Program-made: the position numbers and the translations under genes
Source of the DNA: Candidatus Latescibacterota bacterium
Lineage (GTDB): Bacteria > Latescibacterota > UBA2968 > UBA8231
Length of the DNA: 64,000 nt
Assembly: GCA_965223905.1 (NCBI GenBank)
Contig: CBDCXV010000011.1
Span: 1,120,001-1,184,000, forward strand
Direction of reading: 5' to 3'
Part shown: piece after piece, positions 59,511 to 64,000 of the stretch
How the letters are laid out: every line of letters starts with the position of its first letter
Position numbering within the stretch: the stretch's first letter is position 1
The notes under the pieces: generated by a model
What the model saw: the letters and a program-made list of their open reading frames with translations, nothing else
What the model was told of the DNA's origin: nothing
The model's database searches: none

Positions 59511-62500
59511 TCATCTCAGCAGGGTCATTTTCTGTGTGAGGGATTTGTCTCCGGCGGTGAGGCGGTAGAGGTAGACGCCGGCGCCTACCGGGCGGCCCTG
59601 CTCGTCGCGCCCTTCCCAGAAGACTTGGTGGATTCCGGCTTTCAGGGTGCGGCCGCGAATCAAGGTCTTCACCACCTGGCCGGCGAGGTTGTAGATGACC
59701 AGGGAGCCCTCTGCGCTTTCGGGCACCTGGAAGTAGATCGTCGTGCTGGGGTTGAACGGATTGGGCGCGGCCAGGGCGGCCAATCCTTCCATGCCCGTCA
59801 GCACCATCTGCTCGGCCAGGGCCTTGGCCGCGGCCGAGCGGGTTATGGCCGATCCCGAGTTGGACCAAGGCCCTGTGCCCTCGCGGCTGGTGGCCTTCAA
59901 GCGGACGGTGTACAGGGTGTATGCAGGCAGGCCCGTCAGCGTCTTACTGGTCACCCGGCCGAGCGTCGTTTCCGAGCATACGGCCTGACGCGGCGCATCG
60001 GAGTCGTCCTTCTCCTCCTCCGGCGGATCCTCCTCCGACCGGAAAGCAGGGTAGCAGTATTGCATGGTGTAGCCGGTGACGGGCGCGCCGCTCGTCGGGT
60101 GAGACCAGCTGATGTCGAGTTTGCCCGTGCCCGACGAAGGCACCCTGACCGTCGGGACCGTCATCTTGCTGGGCGGGCCGATGTCCTGAACGATGGCGTT
60201 GATCAGCTTGTTGCTGTTAGCCGAAGGGTTGCCGTCGTCAGTAGCCCGGATCCTGACCACATAGATGTTGTTGGTATTCGCATCGGTGGGATTCTCGTAA
60301 TCCGGCGCCGACTCGAACCTCAGGGTCAGGCTCGAACCCGACGAGGTGAAGGAGAACTCGTCGCTGTCCGTGCTGTAGATGTCCCAGGTAATGCCGTCCC
60401 CTTCGGCGTCGGTGGCCGTATACGTGCCCACGGCGGTGGTGTTCTCGTTGACATTCAGGCGCCCCGTGCCTGAAATCACCGGAGCCGTATTGGCCCGCGT
60501 GTAGGTCCTTCGTATGGCCGACCAGGGACTGTCTCCCTCGTCGCTGGTCGCTTTCACGCGAACCGAGTATCGGGTCCCGGAGCGCAGGTTCTCCAGGGTC
60601 GTGCTCGTGGTACCGGCCTCGAAGGGCAAGGTGGTCGTGGAGCTGCAGGCGTTGGTTTGGCAATACTGCAGCTTCCATCCTGTGACTGGGGCATCGCTGG
60701 CCGACGTGGACCACCCGACGTCCAGTTCTTCGTGTCCATTGGTAGCCGGAACCGTGACGGTGACCGTGGGCTTCCCCGGCGGCTCCACGTCCAGGATGTT
60801 GACGGTCACCGCCCGGCTGGCCGAGGACGACGACGAGCAGCCGCCCCGGGCCCGGATCGTGACCTGGTACTGGCGGGAATCGGTCTCGTAGTCGGGGGCG
60901 CTGCGGAAGCTCAAGGTGCCCCCGGAGAAATTGAACGCGCTCGCGTCGGCCCCTCCCAGCGGCAACCAGCGGCCGCCGCCGCCGTCCGGGTCGCTGAGGG
61001 AATAGCTGGCCACCGCGGTGGTGTTCTCGGGGATCGACTGGGACGTGGGACCCGAGATCGTCGGGGCACCGCAGTCGGTGCGGCCGCTGCCGGCGGCCCA
61101 GCCGCTGGTGCCCTCGTCGTTGGCGGCATTCACCTGCACTTCGTACGCGGTGTTGGGCGTAAGGCTCGAAATCGTCGTCGAGGTCCCGGTGCCCGAAAAC
61201 GAGTGCGTGCGCCAGTTTCCCGAGGCCCGGTATTGCACGTCGTAGTCGGTGACCGGCGGCCGGCCGCTGGTGTTGGGCGCGTCCCATTCCACCTCCACAC
61301 TCGTGCGCCCCGCCGCCGACACCCGCACATTGGACGGCGGTCCCGGCGGCTCGTCGACATCGGTCACGTTCACGGTTACCGTCTCGGTGTCGGACGCCCC
61401 CTTCGGGTCCGTCGCCCGGACGGTCAGGCTGTATGAAGTGGTCCCGCTTTCGTAGCTCGGGGCATTCTGGAAGCTCACCTCGCCGCTGCTACTGATCTGG
61501 AAGACGTTCCCGATCACGGACCAGGTGATGGCTTGGCCTTCCGGGTCCGTGGCCGTGAAGGTGGCTACGGACCGGGTGTTCTCCGGCACGGACTGCGTGC
61601 CGGTGTCGTCGATGACCGGCGGCCGGTTCGGCGCCTTCACCGCAGCGGTAGCGTCGCTCTGCGCGCTCTTGCCCGGACCGTGGGCGTCGGTGTAGCCGAC
61701 CGTCGCCCGCAGCTGCTTGCCCACATCCGACGTCACCGGCGTGTAGCGGGACGTGGCCGCAATGGGGTAGCGCGGCGACCGCTCGATAGGCACCCACCCC
61801 GAACTCGCGTCGGCCCGCCGCTGCCACTGCCAGCTAGTGTCCGCCACGCTCCCGTCTACGTCCACCAGGGTGGCCGTCATCCGCCGACCCACCTCCGGCG
61901 ACGACGTCGACAAACGCACCGTGCCGGGGGTGTCGGCCGGCCTCACCGACGACGTCACCGCGCTCTGCGCGCTCTTGTTCGGACCGTGGGCGTCGGTGTA
62001 GCCGACCGTCGCCCGCAGCTGCTTGCCCACATCCGACGTCACCGGCGTGTAGCGGGACGTGGCCGCAATGGGGTAGCGCGCCGACCGCTCGATAGGCACC
62101 CACCCCGAACCCGCGTCGGCCCGCCGCTGCCACTGCCAGCTAGTGTCCGCCACGCTCCCGTCGACGTCCACCAGGGTGGCCGTCATCCGCCGACCTACCT
62201 CCGGCGACGACGTCGACAGTCTCACCGTGCCGGGGGTGTCGGCCGGCCTCACCGACGACGTCACCGCGCTCTGCGCGCTCTTGTTCGGACCGTGGGCGTC
62301 GGTGTAGCCGACCGTCGCCCGCAGCTGCTTGCCCACATCCGACGTCACCGGCGTGTAGCGGGACGTGGCCGCAATGGGGTAGCGCGCCGACCGCTCGATA
62401 GGCACCCACCCCGAACTCGCGTCGGCCCGCCGCTGCCACTGCCAGCTAGTGTCCGCCACGCTCCCGTCGACGTCCACCAGGGTGGCCGTCATCCGCCGAC

Positions 62501-62939
62501 CTACCTCCGGCGACGACGTCGACAAACGCACCGTGCCGGGGGTGTCGGCCGGCCTCACCGACGACGTCACCGCGCTCTGCGCGCTCTTGTTCGGACCGTG
62601 GGCGTCGGTGTAGCCGACCGTCGCCCGCAGCTGCTTGCCCACATCCGCCGTCACCGGCGTGTAGCGGGACGTGGCCGCAATGGGGTAGCGCGCCGACCGC
62701 TCGATAGGCACCCACCCCGAACCCGCGTCGGCCCGCCGCTGCCACTGCCAGCTAGTGTCCGCCACGCTCCCGTCGACGTCCACCAGGGTGGCCGTCATCC
62801 GCTGACCCACCTCCGGCGACGCCGTCGACAAACGCACCGTGCCGGGGGTGTCGCCGTCGTCGTCAACCAGCCTCACCGTAGCGGTTGCGTGCGTGCCCGT
62901 GCTCACCCTCTCCGGCAGATCCCCGAATCCCAACGCCAC
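59511..62939 (-). CDS. Large adhesin-like protein (4 Ig-like repeats, 3 cadherin-like, 3 FN3, FlgD/T9SS-like C-terminus), 5' truncated
   Basis: PEN..ATDPEG..APDYE cadherin motifs; W..P..Y.VQY..L.P.T.Y FN3 motifs; NPFNPSTTI; no signal peptide, begins mid-domain. Confidence 0.85.
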   Translation of the reverse strand: MALGFGDLPERVSTGTHATATVRLVDDDGDTPGTVRLSTASPEVGQRMTATLVDVDGSVADTSWQWQRRADAGSGWVPIERSARYPIAATSRYTPVTADVGKQLRATVGYTDAHGPNKSAQSAVTSSVRPADTPGTVRLSTSSPEVGRRMTATLVDVDGSVADTSWQWQRRADASSGWVPIERSARYPIAATSRYTPVTSDVGKQLRATVGYTDAHGPNKSAQSAVTSSVRPADTPGTVRLSTSSPEVGRRMTATLVDVDGSVADTSWQWQRRADAGSGWVPIERSARYPIAATSRYTPVTSDVGKQLRATVGYTDAHGPNKSAQSAVTSSVRPADTPGTVRLSTSSPEVGRRMTATLVDVDGSVADTSWQWQRRADASSGWVPIERSPRYPIAATSRYTPVTSDVGKQLRATVGYTDAHGPGKSAQSDATAAVKAPNRPPVIDDTGTQSVPENTRSVATFTATDPEGQAITWSVIGNVFQISSSGEVSFQNAPSYESGTTSYSLTVRATDPKGASDTETVTVNVTDVDEPPGPPSNVRVSAAGRTSVEVEWDAPNTSGRPPVTDYDVQYRASGNWRTHSFSGTGTSTTISSLTPNTAYEVQVNAANDEGTSGWAAGSGRTDCGAPTISGPTSQSIPENTTAVASYSLSDPDGGGGRWLPLGGADASAFNFSGGTLSFRSAPDYETDSRQYQVTIRARGGCSSSSSASRAVTVNILDVEPPGKPTVTVTVPATNGHEELDVGWSTSASDAPVTGWKLQYCQTNACSSTTTLPFEAGTTSTTLENLRSGTRYSVRVKATSDEGDSPWSAIRRTYTRANTAPVISGTGRLNVNENTTAVGTYTATDAEGDGITWDIYSTDSDEFSFTSSGSSLTLRFESAPDYENPTDANTNNIYVVRIRATDDGNPSANSNKLINAIVQDIGPPSKMTVPTVRVPSSGTGKLDISWSHPTSGAPVTGYTMQYCYPAFRSEEDPPEEEKDDSDAPRQAVCSETTLGRVTSKTLTGLPAYTLYTVRLKATSREGTGPWSNSGSAITRSAAAKALAEQMVLTGMEGLAALAAPNPFNPSTTIYFQVPESAEGSLVIYNLAGQVVKTLIRGRTLKAGIHQVFWEGRDEQGRPVGAGVYLYRLTAGDKSLTQKMTLLR
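61629..62852 (-). repeat. Four near-identical 306-bp (102-aa) tandem coding repeats
   Basis: DTPGTVRLST...TSWQWQRRAD...YTDAHGP unit repeated four times. Confidence 0.95.
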
Positions 62940-63650
62940 GGGAATTATATAGATAACTACGCAAGCGCAACTTTAGTAATCTCATCCGCGAATTTAAAGA
63001 AAATCTGGTATAATATAATAGAGAAAATACCAGAGAGAAGGACATCCCGGTCCTCAAAGTGTTTAGCTCGGAGCACGGAAGCATGTCAGATTGACACCGT
63101 GCATTAAGCTACTGGGGTGAGGAATCATTCCGTTTGGTTGACAAGCGAGCAAGGAGGGTGACTGAGGATTTCTCGGTTGCAGGCTGCCGGGAGCAGGCAG
63201 CGGGTTTGTCATCTTGCTGGCTATTCGAAAAGACTCGCCCTTTCCTTCGACCGATGATGAGTGAAGGGAACCGGAGGGACCTCCGTCTCCAGAAGGTCCC
63301 GGTAGGTCAGCCGTTTCCCCACCATCCCGGAAGCAAGCAGTTCCATCTGTTCCAGGATATCCATTCCTCGGATATTGTACCTGCCTGCGCGAACTCGTTG
63401 AGGTATCGGGGAAAATACTTCGGAGATACGTGGCAATACCCGTGATAGGTTCCTTTCGCCAGAGCATTAAACGATTCCGCACGGTTCGTTCCGGCGCCCC
63501 TGGGGACGCAGGTTCCGTTTTCGTGTTTCTCCATGCACTCACTGCACCTGTCTGGTTCTTCAGGGAGACCCAGCACCGACTCTTTTTCCCCAGGCGTTGT
63601 GGTGGGGCCATTGGGAGCAGTCTCGGCACCAGTGCCATACGTTGCTGCCT
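62940..63650 (-). mobile_element. Decayed IS1595-family element, with its end at the adhesin breakpoint
   Basis: TNRAESFNALAKGTYH..HVSPKY..RYLNEF and RYNIRG.D..EQM....GMVGKRLTYRDL (about 63290-63500); GGGAATTATATAGATAA terminus-like sequence and sharp drop in GC at 62940. Confidence 0.65.
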
Positions 63651-64000
63651 CATTTTCTTCGGTAAGTAGGCAATTTTTTTTCCTGATCGTTAAAAACACA
63701 AACGACGCTTGCACCGCTGTTGGGACGTCTCCGACGACCCCCCAACTGAGACGACGAGAACCTATAACCCTGAGCGCAAGATAGCTGGATAGCTCCATTG
63801 AGCACTCATCACATGCTCTCATTTTTTCCGCCGTCGCCGCCCGCAGGCGGGGCGTTGGAGAGAATAGGTTTTTTGCAGAGGCTGATAAATCAGTCCTCTA
63901 CATATTTTTAACCAAATTAGTGTGAGTTTCGTTACTTACCGGGTGGGTTTGAGTCCTAACTCAACGGCTTATCCCTCTTGTAGTTCGGAAACCTCAACCT

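Noticed and set aside
61629-62852. CRISPR or non-coding repeat array
   Set aside because: Contiguous 306-bp in-frame coding repeats with no spacers
1-64000. tRNA, rRNA or riboswitch
   Set aside because: None recognised by eye; a tRNAscan or Infernal/Rfam scan would be needed to exclude small RNAs

Overview
GC-rich bacterial genomic DNA. By inference it comes from a marine or sponge-associated FCB-group organism such as Latescibacterota: it has FlgD/T9SS-like C-terminal domains, an SWGxxK C-terminal motif, a cadherin/FN3 adhesin, several PhyH, sialidase and Gfo/Idh/MocA paralogs, and an Mrp antiporter. The backbone holds an OPT-DUF1177-AroM cluster, many catabolic enzymes, folD, an atypical serS and an mrpEFGBBCDDxD operon. 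A heavily eroded accessory layer lies on top. It includes five toxin-antitoxin loci (three disabled), an Mrr nuclease, and a 5,970-bp IS701-like composite transposon with a 6-bp target duplication that splits a DUF4160 toxin gene and carries an AT-richer cargo of unknown function. There are also IS1595 remnants, a repeat-rich adhesin truncated by an IS end, several genes collapsed by internal deletions, and one short palindromic element nested inside another. Several single-base frameshifts in homopolymers may be long-read errors. I saw no rRNA, tRNA, CRISPR array, integrase or reverse transcriptase. All family calls come from motif recognition only; no database search was run.
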